Source: a virus (Duplodnaviria > Heunggongvirae > Uroviricota > Caudoviricetes). Taken from it: a DNA stretch of 26,841 nucleotides. Where the stretch lies: positions 1-26,841 of the IMG/VR virus record IMGVR_UViG_2802429248_000008; one strand, 5' to 3'. Below, piece after piece: positions 1 to 7,154 of this stretch. The translations under genes were made by a program, and so were the position numbers. The notes under the pieces are model-generated. The model ran no database searches. It was not told the DNA's origin and saw only the letters and a program-made list of their open reading frames with translations. Each line of letters starts with the position of its first letter. Position 1 is the first letter of the stretch.

Positions 1-60
1 GATATCCGTTCAGCTTCAGAATAATGCTGTTGATTTTACGGTGACTCAGCGGGAGTGAAA

Positions 61-83
61 AGAAAAAAGGCCGCAGAGCGGCC
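61..83 (-). terminator. Rho-independent terminator closing the int-distal cassette
   Basis: GGCCGC (69-74) / GCGGCC (78-83) stem with a 3-nt loop. On the minus strand it is followed by TTTTTT (68-63). It lies about 110 nt downstream of the stop at 193. Confidence 0.65.
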
Positions 84-192
84 ATAATTACATTCAAAAA
101 TCAATAAGTTACACAATTATCAATAGCTTACAGACACACAAAAACACAGCCAACCACAGCAAGTAACAGGGATGTGGTCACTTTGTGGATCA

Positions 193-756
193 TCAGCCAA
201 CAAATTTAGCAACAAAATACGCGACCGCCGCCGTGAAAATGGTTGTGCACACTGGCACAATAATGCCACTCCAACGCCACTTCGTATTATCATCAACCTT
301 GTCAAACCGCCGATTCATCTCATCCATAATCTTGTCAAAGCGTTTATCCATCGCTTCGGTAAGCTCACCCTTCAGGCTGTTAATGTCTGATTTGAGCTGC
401 TCTTTCAGGTTAGCTGTATCAGATTTAAGCTCACCTTTCAGATTCGCAATATCGCATTTAAGCTCACCTTTCAGATTCGCAATATCGCATTCAAGATCAC
501 CTTTCAGATGTGCTATGTCTGCTTTGAGTTCACCTTTCACCTCACCAACATCGGCTTTAGTTGAGAGGTTTGTAGTGCGTTCAGCAAGTGTCGCAAGGTC
601 GTTTCTTGTTAGCGATAAATCACCTTCGAGCCGCTCAATTCGCCTTTCAAGTTTATCTGACATTCCGCCTCCATTATCACCGCCTCCCTCACCGAAAGAG
701 TTGCCAATGTCCTCACGAATAAGGGTTATGCCATGCTCACTTTTAGCATACGCCAC
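193..756 (-). CDS. Tail-anchored coiled-coil membrane protein (resembles the DUF1640 / XhlA architecture)
   Basis: 187-aa ORF with a GTG start abutting the upstream stop. An alternative ATG at 663 has a GGAGG Shine-Dalgarno (SD) 5 nt upstream. It contains 11-aa repeats such as DIANLKGELKC and a C-terminal hydrophobic helix (IIVPVCTTIFTAAVAYFVAKFV). Confidence 0.75.
   Translation of the reverse strand: MAYAKSEHGITLIREDIGNSFGEGGGDNGGGMSDKLERRIERLEGDLSLTRNDLATLAERTTNLSTKADVGEVKGELKADIAHLKGDLECDIANLKGELKCDIANLKGELKSDTANLKEQLKSDINSLKGELTEAMDKRFDKIMDEMNRRFDKVDDNTKWRWSGIIVPVCTTIFTAAVAYFVAKFVG
350..549. repeat. About six tandem 33-bp repeats inside the coiled-coil CDS
   Basis: Units at 385-417, 418-450, 451-483, 484-516 and 517-549. 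The two central units (atcRSatttaagctcacctttcagattcgcaat) are nearly identical. The period of 33 bp equals 11 codons, so the frame is preserved. Confidence 0.9.
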
Positions 757-1155
757 TCAGATTCCCTCCCAAACTATATATCCTTTGTCTCTTGCCCAAC
801 AAACAACTGTGTGGGCTGTATATGTGGATGTGAAGCCGCAATAAGAACATGACACTTCATACCGAGTATTGTAGATGTTAATGGGCTCGTTCTCCTTGTG
901 TATGGGAGTGACATATTCCCAATCATTCGAATCATCATAATCATCAAGCTCAGGGTCTGTGCCGTGAACAACCGTATGTGGAATAAACAAATCTGGGCGC
1001 CCACACGAGAGACAAGAGGTTCTGGCATCTCTATCTTTGAGGAATTGAATAAATAATTTGGGCGAAATCTGTTGCAGAACCTGCAAATGCCCACGTTCAT
1101 TATCATTAAGAGACCTGTCTGCATATGGAAAATCATCAAATTTAAGAGGCTTCAT
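757..1155 (-). CDS. Hypothetical zinc-ribbon protein (two CxxC pairs)
   Basis: ORF 757-1170. ATG 1155 has a GGAG 9 nt upstream; alternative starts are at 1164 and 1170. It carries CLSC and CSYC motifs about 60 aa apart. It overlaps the int stop (1142-1144), and its own stop abuts the next start. Confidence 0.7.
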   Translation of the reverse strand: MKPLKFDDFPYADRSLNDNERGHLQVLQQISPKLFIQFLKDRDARTSCLSCGRPDLFIPHTVVHGTDPELDDYDDSNDWEYVTPIHKENEPINIYNTRYEVSCSYCGFTSTYTAHTVVCWARDKGYIVWEGI

Positions 1156-2134
1156 ATAAGGCATCTCCAAGGGGATTAAATCTCACCGCATCCTGCAAGT
1201 AATCCGGCGCAAGATGGGCATAAATCATCGTTGTCTGAATCTTTGCGTGCCCCAGAATTTTCTGGAGCGTCAGAATATTGCCGCCGTTCATCATGAAATG
1301 ACTGGCGAAGGTGTGGCGCAGCGCATGAACAGCCTGGCCGTCGGGAACATCAGATGCGACCGTTTTGATGACATCGCGAACCAATGGATAATCCAGCGTC
1401 GGAAACACCAGTTTCCCGCCCCGTATTTTGATCTTTTCAAACAGGCTTTCAGAAATAGGAACGGTACGGTTTTTGCTGTTCTTCGTTTTTGAAAAAGTGA
1501 TTCGACAATGAAGAACACGGCGCTGCTCCAGTGCCGCTACCTCGCCCCATCGCGCCCCGGTCGACAGAAGGATTTCGACAGCCAGCCGTTCATCGGGATT
1601 TTCAGCCAGTGCATCCAGCAACTGAACACATTCAGACTTACTCAGATATCCCATTTCGCGCTCGTTAACCTTCATTCCTTTAAGGCCTTGAACGGGGTTA
1701 TCGTTAAGAAAATGGCCGGATGAGATGAGTGCGGTAAACATCGCGCTTAACGCCCCAATCTCTCGATTTATGGTGCTGGGCTGTATCCCCTGCTCTATCC
1801 TGGACACACGTAGCTCGGTGAGCATCGTTGTATTAAGTTTATGCACGCACGGGTCATCCATTGCCTCACTCAAGCGCAGCAATTTAAGGCGCGTGTTATG
1901 CCCTGACTTCATTAGCTGGCCGTGGTATTTCCACCACAAGTCAATAAGCACTGACAGCGGACGGCGATCAATGGAGTTTCCTTTCCACTCATTGTTATGC
2001 TGTTGCGCCAGCACCCACCGCTCATATAAAACTGCATCCGATTTCGTTTTAAATTTTTTACGAATGCGTTTGCCTTTACGCCCCTCCGGGCGCATGTCAA
2101 GAAGATACCCTCCCGGAATTGATTTTATGCTCAT
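1142..2134 (-). CDS. int: Tyrosine recombinase / P2-type phage integrase
   Basis: The start MSIKSIPGGYLLDMRPEGRKGKRIRKKF resembles the P2 Int N-terminus. The C-terminus has HALRHTFASHF and IYAHL catalytic motifs. The upstream part of the tracked ORF (to 2284) is probably untranslated. Confidence 0.93.
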   Translation of the reverse strand: MSIKSIPGGYLLDMRPEGRKGKRIRKKFKTKSDAVLYERWVLAQQHNNEWKGNSIDRRPLSVLIDLWWKYHGQLMKSGHNTRLKLLRLSEAMDDPCVHKLNTTMLTELRVSRIEQGIQPSTINREIGALSAMFTALISSGHFLNDNPVQGLKGMKVNEREMGYLSKSECVQLLDALAENPDERLAVEILLSTGARWGEVAALEQRRVLHCRITFSKTKNSKNRTVPISESLFEKIKIRGGKLVFPTLDYPLVRDVIKTVASDVPDGQAVHALRHTFASHFMMNGGNILTLQKILGHAKIQTTMIYAHLAPDYLQDAVRFNPLGDALYEAS

Positions 2135-2183
2135 TCGTGAAACCCCAGCGTTACAAGACCACCATGCCCCCAGCGCTCCATGA

Positions 2184-2492
2184 TTAGCCGGGCTGTGTGC
2201 CAGTCTTGCGGGGTTTTTGAGAAGGCGATGTGCTTTTTGGCCCATCAGGGGAGAGAGACGGACTGATCTGCCCAGCAGCCTCATTTGTTTTTCCCGTCAT
2301 AAGCCAATTCATGTACTTAAAAAAGCGAGGGTGATTAACAATCTTGATAAGCACTTCGCCCCCTATGTTTTCAATCCGCCCCGTTTCATAACGACGCAAA
2401 GTGCCGATAGGCACATCAATCAGGCCGCAAAATTCTTCGCGCGTTAAATCCTCTGATTCACGAATCACTCTAATTTTTTCACCGATAAGCAT
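2184..2492 (-). CDS. Immunity repressor, XRE-type HTH (P2 C-like)
   Basis: 102 aa from ATG 2492 (MLIGEKIRVIRESEDLTREEF...GTLRRYETG). It is similar in size to P2 C and lies directly upstream of int, divergent from the cox-like gene. Confidence 0.85.
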   Translation of the reverse strand: MLIGEKIRVIRESEDLTREEFCGLIDVPIGTLRRYETGRIENIGGEVLIKIVNHPRFFKYMNWLMTGKTNEAAGQISPSLSPDGPKSTSPSQKPRKTGTQPG

Positions 2493-2588
2493 TGACAGTG
2501 TTCCTATAAGTACACTAAGCTTGCGCACAAGGTGTACTTATAAGTACACCAAGTCACAAACAACCACAGATAGCGCAGGTTATCACAC
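2493..2588. promoter_or_regulatory. Divergent lysis/lysogeny switch region with TAAGTACAC operator half-sites
   Basis: Perfect 18-bp palindrome GTGTACTTATAAGTACAC at 2532-2549, plus a third copy TATAAGTACAC at 2505-2515. A TTGACA hexamer lies at 2492-2497. The region sits between the divergent repressor and cox-like genes. Confidence 0.7.
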
Positions 2589-2867
2589 ATGGCAAAAGTC
2601 CTGAACACACACGAACAGGCAGACTTTGAGCGTTTAGCAGCGTTCTATCCCTACCGCGATGAGCATGGGTTACCAGTACTTGAAGAAAGCCTGAAAGATT
2701 ACGCAAAGCGTACCAACCAAGCTGTTAACACAGTGAAAAGACAGGCTGACAGAGGTTCAATTCCCATCAACCAGGATGAAAAGAACTCAAGACGCACAGT
2801 AAATCTCTTCGCTCTTTTCCTGAAAACAATCAGGAGCGCAGAAAAATACGTGCAGATGACAAAATAA
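2589..2867 (+). CDS. cox: Cox-like excisionase / lytic switch regulator
   Basis: 92 aa and first gene of the rightward operon. The segment DYAKRTNQAVNTVKRQADRGSIPIN resembles the P2 Cox HTH (FAKLIGKSTGAVRRMIDKGKLPVI). Confidence 0.7.
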   Translation: MAKVLNTHEQADFERLAAFYPYRDEHGLPVLEESLKDYAKRTNQAVNTVKRQADRGSIPINQDEKNSRRTVNLFALFLKTIRSAEKYVQMTK

Positions 2868-2881
2868 CGAGGTGTCATTTT

Positions 2882-3220
2882 ATGCTGAAGCAACGCCGTA
2901 ATTTTCGTACCGGAACAGAACGCCACGCTAACCGTTTCACTACCAGTGCATCACGCAGCAACATCCGCTACAGCCTGAGTGATACACACGCAACGCCGGA
3001 TGGCTACCCAGTAAAACAAATCGGCGAGCACGCCTGGCTGATTGAGAAAGCTGGAATCGTGATCCACAAATGCCCACGCAATCCGTTTACCGGAAACCGC
3101 ATTTTTGCATTGAGCTGCGGCGACAATCAATTCGGGCAGGATTTCACATTATACGAAGCACTTCGCACGGTTGATCGTCTGCTTCGTGGGCAAAGTTTTA
3201 TTAAACAGGCTGATTTATAA
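2882..3220 (+). CDS. Hypothetical early protein
   Basis: 112-aa ORF with a GAGGTG SD 8 nt upstream, in the operon. Confidence 0.6.
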   Translation: MLKQRRNFRTGTERHANRFTTSASRSNIRYSLSDTHATPDGYPVKQIGEHAWLIEKAGIVIHKCPRNPFTGNRIFALSCGDNQFGQDFTLYEALRTVDRLLRGQSFIKQADL

Positions 3221-3230
3221 CAGGTGCTTT

Positions 3231-3509
3231 ATGACCAAAGAGCATGCACAAGGTGTATTTATCCGTTTTATTGATTTTCGCGGTGAACTGTTATTACGCG
3301 CATCAGCCATTGACGGAGTTGTTCCATCCGAAAAAAACGCAGCTACTTACGTTTATCTGAACGGTACGCGCCTGACTGTGGAGCTTCCGTACCAGACCGT
3401 ACGAGAAATCATTAGCGAAGCTGAAAAGGCACGTCAGGTTAATGGCGATGAACCATATATCGAAATTATTTGTATGGATTCAGAAGCTGAAATCCAGAAG
3501 GCAGATTAA
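3231..3509 (+). CDS. Hypothetical early protein
   Basis: Internal ATG at 3231 (MTKEHAQ...), 92 aa. It follows the previous stop by 10 nt. Confidence 0.6.
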   Translation: MTKEHAQGVFIRFIDFRGELLLRASAIDGVVPSEKNAATYVYLNGTRLTVELPYQTVREIISEAEKARQVNGDEPYIEIICMDSEAEIQKAD

Positions 3510-3519
3510 AGGGTGTGCG

Positions 3520-3762
3520 ATGGACAAAGAATATAAAGCTCTTGTCAATAAAGCACTTGAGCGTTTTTATTTTCGCCTAAACACATCAGGGGCCCAGGCA
3601 GAACACGCAGCCCATGATTCATTAGCAAGGGCAATCAGAAGCCTTTATGACGTGGCTTTTTACGCTGACGATTTGGATGCAATTAACGAACTTTCCGAAC
3701 TCATCTGTGCTGCAGAATGCGGAGAACACATTGAACCGTATAAACTGGGGAATATCGTATGA
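3520..3762 (+). CDS. Hypothetical early protein
   Basis: ATG at 3520 (MDKEYKALVNK...), 80 aa, tightly packed in the operon. Confidence 0.6.
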   Translation: MDKEYKALVNKALERFYFRLNTSGAQAEHAAHDSLARAIRSLYDVAFYADDLDAINELSELICAAECGEHIEPYKLGNIV

Positions 3763-3896
3763 GCATATTTATGTCATGGCTTGTTCTGATTATTTCGGTG
3801 TTCTGCGCTATTGGCATTATGCGAATTATTCATTCAGTGAAAAAGATTGAGCGTTTTTCTCTGACGAATAACAGCACAAATAAAACACCAGATTAA
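3759..3896 (+). CDS. Small single-pass membrane protein (45 aa; below the ORF-track cutoff)
   Basis: ATGA overlap with the preceding stop. Sequence MSIFMSWLVLIISVFCAIGIMRIIHSVKKIERFSLTNNSTNKTPD has one hydrophobic helix followed by a basic tail. Confidence 0.5.
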   Translation: MSIFMSWLVLIISVFCAIGIMRIIHSVKKIERFSLTNNSTNKTPD

Positions 3897-3964
3897 ATAA
3901 GAAAACGTGAAAACCATCCGAATTAGCGGAGGCATTCACACACGTAAACAACGGAGATACAAAA

Positions 3965-4375
3965 ATGAACGCAAAAGAAAAAGGCATTGTAACTGCGCTA
4001 AAAAATATATCGAAGACCGCAAACAGAGCCATTCAGGATGCAACAAATGCAGGAATGATTGGGCCTGCCACCACGGCCATGATGATAGCAAGAGTAACCG
4101 CCGAAGCAGCCGAAATTATCGAAAAACAGGATGCTGAACTAACGGTTCTCAGAACACAACCAGTCACCGGACTGGATTTGTCTAACACCGGACGCCTTAT
4201 TTACACAATTGGCTCGGAGCTACAGCAATACACCATTATCGCCGGATTACAGGATAAATACCTGATCACTCCTCACCCCATAAGGGAATCAGAAATTCTG
4301 ACAAATCTCCGCCTGATAGAGCGTTCTCACGTCGCATTCATTGATGACGCACAGCGCACCGTATTTAACGCATAG
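3965..4375 (+). CDS. Hypothetical early protein
   Basis: 136-aa ORF with a GGAGA SD 7 nt upstream. Confidence 0.65.
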   Translation: MNAKEKGIVTALKNISKTANRAIQDATNAGMIGPATTAMMIARVTAEAAEIIEKQDAELTVLRTQPVTGLDLSNTGRLIYTIGSELQQYTIIAGLQDKYLITPHPIRESEILTNLRLIERSHVAFIDDAQRTVFNA

Positions 4376-4398
4376 GGTTACTGGACAAAGGGGGCGCA

Positions 4399-4602
4399 AT
4401 GGCAATTAAGCGATTTACCGTCGTTCGTTTCACTTCCAGAGGACGTGAATACGAAGTTGACGAACGGCTGATTAAAACGCTCGACCGTCACCGTTCGCAA
4501 CCTGACGCGCATCACATTTATCTCACTGACGACACTTACTTCTGCGCCACCAACGTGGTGCAGGTGAACCTTATCCGACAGGTACAGGAGTCACGCAGAT
4601 GA
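4399..4602 (+). CDS. Hypothetical early protein
   Basis: 67-aa ORF with an AAGGGGG SD. Its stop overlaps the next start (ATGA). Confidence 0.6.
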   Translation: MAIKRFTVVRFTSRGREYEVDERLIKTLDRHRSQPDAHHIYLTDDTYFCATNVVQVNLIRQVQESRR

Positions 4603-4844
4603 CCATTCTGGACTACATCGCCGCCAATCCGGGTTGTAGCGGCGGAGAAATCGCCGCAGCACTGAATACCCCAACCACAGCCATTAATGCTGAGTTACGC
4701 CGACTCTGGCGCGACGGCTTAGTCATCAGAGAAGAACGCAAAACAGGCGGTCGGTTCTCTTACCAGGTAAACCCGATGCCGTTCGGGTGTGGCAATCCAC
4801 TTACTCACATGTTTAACCAGCTACTGAAGGAAGCCAGAGCATGA
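4599..4844 (+). CDS. Small winged-helix DNA-binding protein
   Basis: 81 aa. The pattern ILDYIAANPGCSGGEIAAAL...INAELRRLWRDGLVIRE is a MarR/wHTH-like pattern. Starts and stops overlap on both sides. Confidence 0.6.
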   Translation: MTILDYIAANPGCSGGEIAAALNTPTTAINAELRRLWRDGLVIREERKTGGRFSYQVNPMPFGCGNPLTHMFNQLLKEARA

Positions 4845-5140
4845 GCACCATCAACCACCAGGAACTACGCGAACTGGCGACTGACCTGCAACGAATGGCA
4901 ACGCATCAAAAATTACTGGCGTTTCGCGCAATGCTCTCGCCATCTTCCGTGCTGGCACTGCTGGATGAGCTGGAGCACGCCAGAACCATGGCTCCAGCCA
5001 TTCGCCTGACGCTCCATCATGAAATCGCTGATTTCTGCGCACCACTGGGTTCGCCTGGTGAACCAGAAACGCCGGAAGCAATGCAACGAGAGCTACTGCA
5101 ACGCATCGACAAGGTTTTTGATTTTTTCCTTAACCAGTAA
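4841..5140 (+). CDS. Hypothetical protein with an ead/Ea22-like helical motif
   Basis: 99 aa. The motif VLALLDELEHAR resembles the Ea22-family coiled-coil signature. Confidence 0.55.
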   Translation: MSTINHQELRELATDLQRMATHQKLLAFRAMLSPSSVLALLDELEHARTMAPAIRLTLHHEIADFCAPLGSPGEPETPEAMQRELLQRIDKVFDFFLNQ

Positions 5141-5151
5141 AGGACCGCGAT

Positions 5152-5355
5152 ATGAACAAAAAGACCTGGTTTCGCGCATACATGTGGGCGCTGGTATGCG
5201 TCCTCGTTTCTCTCATTCTGTATGCAGGACTACTCCCCCGAATGATTTCATCAGACAGCTCCTTCCTGGTATTGCTGGGCATTTTCATTGCCATGCTGTA
5301 CCCGGCAGGCGTTGTTCGCCTTTTCAGTAAGTACATCAAGGAAATCAAACAATGA
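5152..5355 (+). CDS. Small two-helix membrane protein, partner of the SPFH gene
   Basis: 67 aa with two hydrophobic stretches (WALVCVLVSLILYAGLL and FLVLLGIFIAMLYPAGVV). ATGA overlap with the next gene. Confidence 0.65.
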   Translation: MNKKTWFRAYMWALVCVLVSLILYAGLLPRMISSDSSFLVLLGIFIAMLYPAGVVRLFSKYIKEIKQ

Positions 5356-6182
5356 AGAAATTCAAACTCTTTCAGATTCTCCCGCTTTTTGCCGCCATCC
5401 TGCTGGTTGGCTGCGATCGCGTTGAGCCAGGTAATGTGGGCATCAAAGTCAACAAGCTGGGCGACGACAAAGGCGTTGGCGAAGTGGTTGGCGTTGGCCG
5501 CTACTGGACTGGCTGGAATACAGAGGTTTACATCTTCCCGACCTTCAAACAAATGAAGACCTACGATGAGCCGTTCAGCTTCCAGATGAGTGACGGCACA
5601 ACCATCGGCTATCACATCGGCGTGGCTTACAAGGTTGATCCATCCAAAGTTACCACAGTGTTTCAGACCTACCGCAAAGGCGTGGATGACATTACCGACA
5701 CTGACCTGCGCCAGAAGATCGCCGATGCACTCAACCGACTGGCCAGCAAAATGACCACCGATAAGTTTATCGACGGCGGTAAGTCTGAACTGCTGGATTC
5801 AGCACTTAAAGATATTCAGGAAGAGATGACCCCCATCGGCATTCAGGTCATGAGCCTCTCTTATGTCGGCAAACCGGAATATCCGCCAACCGTTATCGAC
5901 AGCATTAACGCCAAAGTCACGGCAAACCAGAAAACCCTGCAACGCGAACAGGAAGTCAAGCAACGCGAAGCTGAAGCCAACATGCTGCGCGCAGAAGCTG
6001 CCGGACAGGCCGATGCCATTCGCACAAAAGCCCAGGCTGAAGCCGACGCCATTCGTTTACGCGGCGAAGCTCTGCGCCAGAATCCCGGCGTCATGGAGCT
6101 GGAAGCGATTAACAAATGGAACGGCACGCTGCCGCAATACATGACCAGTAACACCGCTGTTCCGTTCGTTCCCGTGAAGTAA
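5352..6182 (+). CDS. SPFH / band-7 (prohibitin-like) lipoprotein
   Basis: 276 aa. Signal peptide with lipobox LLVGC. SPFH-type core (GNVGIKVNKLG...YIFPTF...) followed by an Ala/Glu/Arg-rich coiled coil (QREAEANMLRAEAAGQADAIRTKAQAEADAIRLRGEAL). Confidence 0.8.
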   Translation: MKKFKLFQILPLFAAILLVGCDRVEPGNVGIKVNKLGDDKGVGEVVGVGRYWTGWNTEVYIFPTFKQMKTYDEPFSFQMSDGTTIGYHIGVAYKVDPSKVTTVFQTYRKGVDDITDTDLRQKIADALNRLASKMTTDKFIDGGKSELLDSALKDIQEEMTPIGIQVMSLSYVGKPEYPPTVIDSINAKVTANQKTLQREQEVKQREAEANMLRAEAAGQADAIRTKAQAEADAIRLRGEALRQNPGVMELEAINKWNGTLPQYMTSNTAVPFVPVK

Positions 6183-6237
6183 TGACACCCGGCCAGTGAA
6201 ACCGCTGGCCAATAAACAAAAAGCCAGAGGACAGAAC

Positions 6238-6384
6238 ATGCACAAAGCCTTTGAACGATGGATGCGTCAGCGTTACGGCAACCGCTACGACCTGACAAGA
6301 GATGCCGATGGCTACTACTGCCGCGAAATTGTGAAACGAATGTTTGAAGTGTGGTGCCACCACCGCGGTTTATACGCCGTGTAA
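6238..6384 (+). CDS. Hypothetical small protein (48 aa)
   Basis: ATG 6238 has an AGAGGA SD 7 nt upstream. The tracked GTG start at 6196 lacks an SD. Confidence 0.45.
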   Translation: MHKAFERWMRQRYGNRYDLTRDADGYYCREIVKRMFEVWCHHRGLYAV

Positions 6385-6411
6385 AGCACCACCGCTAACG
6401 AGGTAAAAAAT

Positions 6412-6972
6412 ATGCATAACTTCAAACTCAAACCAATGGGTACACCTGGTGTGGCTCCGGCACATGTAAAACCATGGACACAACAGGAAGATGAAATGCT
6501 TATCTCGCTTTATCCGGAGTGCAACACGCGCCAGATAACCGAACAAATTCAACGAACCCATGACGCAGTTATGCACCGACTTAGTTTTTTACGTGATCGT
6601 GGATTGATTGGTCGCAAGAAAAAGACTCTGAGTGCAAAGGAGATCGCCTTTCTCATTGAAAACCGCCACACCAGAACGGCGCAGGAACTGGCCGCCGAGG
6701 TGGGATGCACCCATCGCACCGTACAAGCGCACCTGAATAAACGTGGTTATAGCCTGCGAAAATGCGGAGAACTCCACCACCTGACCAGATACAGCGATCA
6801 CCTGGTGGAACTGGTGACTGAACTACGTGATGAGCAGCACATGACGTTCGCCATGATAGCAAAACACATTAATCACACACTGCAAATAAAAGTCACCACT
6901 CGTACAGCACGTTTTCTTTACGGTCGCCGCACCGCCGCCGACGCCGTGCTGTACGAGCTATTACCAAACTGA
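6412..6972 (+). CDS. DNA-binding protein with an N-terminal SANT/Myb-like motif and repeated HTH-like units
   Basis: 186 aa. WTQQEDEMLISLY is Myb-like. Three HTH-like segments follow: TRQITEQIQRTHDAVMHRL, TAQELAAEVGCTHRTVQAHL and TFAMIAKHINHTL. Confidence 0.6.
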   Translation: MHNFKLKPMGTPGVAPAHVKPWTQQEDEMLISLYPECNTRQITEQIQRTHDAVMHRLSFLRDRGLIGRKKKTLSAKEIAFLIENRHTRTAQELAAEVGCTHRTVQAHLNKRGYSLRKCGELHHLTRYSDHLVELVTELRDEQHMTFAMIAKHINHTLQIKVTTRTARFLYGRRTAADAVLYELLPN

Positions 6973-7092
6973 GTAATCATCATGCACACACAAAAAAACC
7001 GCTTGCCATGCCGCAATCAGTCAGGTTACATTTCCGCTGCACCTCATAAAACGGGTGCCGGGATTCTCAACCTGCTGACAAACGAAGCGCAC

Positions 7093-7113
7093 AACCGCGC
7101 CAGCGGTTTTTTT
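7093..7113 (+). terminator. Rho-independent terminator inside the non-coding gap
   Basis: AACCGC (7093-7098), loop GCCA, GCGGTT (7103-7108), with a T run extending to 7113. Confidence 0.6.
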
Positions 7114-7154
7114 GTGCGTACTGTATTGCCACGTCTTTTTCGCATCAGAATTAT

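Noticed and set aside
2-58. Possible 3' end of a plus-strand host gene (...ISVQLQNNAVDFTVTQRE stop)
   Set aside because: Only 18 codons are visible and no family is recognisable. I cannot tell it apart from a chance open frame, so it is left unannotated.
350-549. Possible CRISPR array, because of the regular 33-bp periodicity
   Set aside because: The units are contiguous, with no unique spacers between them, and they are in frame within a CDS. This is a coding tandem repeat, not CRISPR.
185-844. 219-aa plus-strand ORF with SPFR-type repeats
   Set aside because: It is the mirror image of the 33-bp tandem repeats on the opposite strand. The minus-strand reading gives a sensible coiled coil plus TM anchor and has an operon context.
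5130-5615. 161-aa minus-strand ORF
   Set aside because: It is antisense to the coupled membrane-protein/SPFH genes, which have a signal peptide, a lipobox and domain features.
6191-6210. GGCCAG-N8-CTGGCC hairpin after the SPFH gene as a terminator
   Set aside because: It has only a 6-bp stem and no downstream U tract. It may be a minor RNA structure, but there is not enough evidence to call it a terminator.
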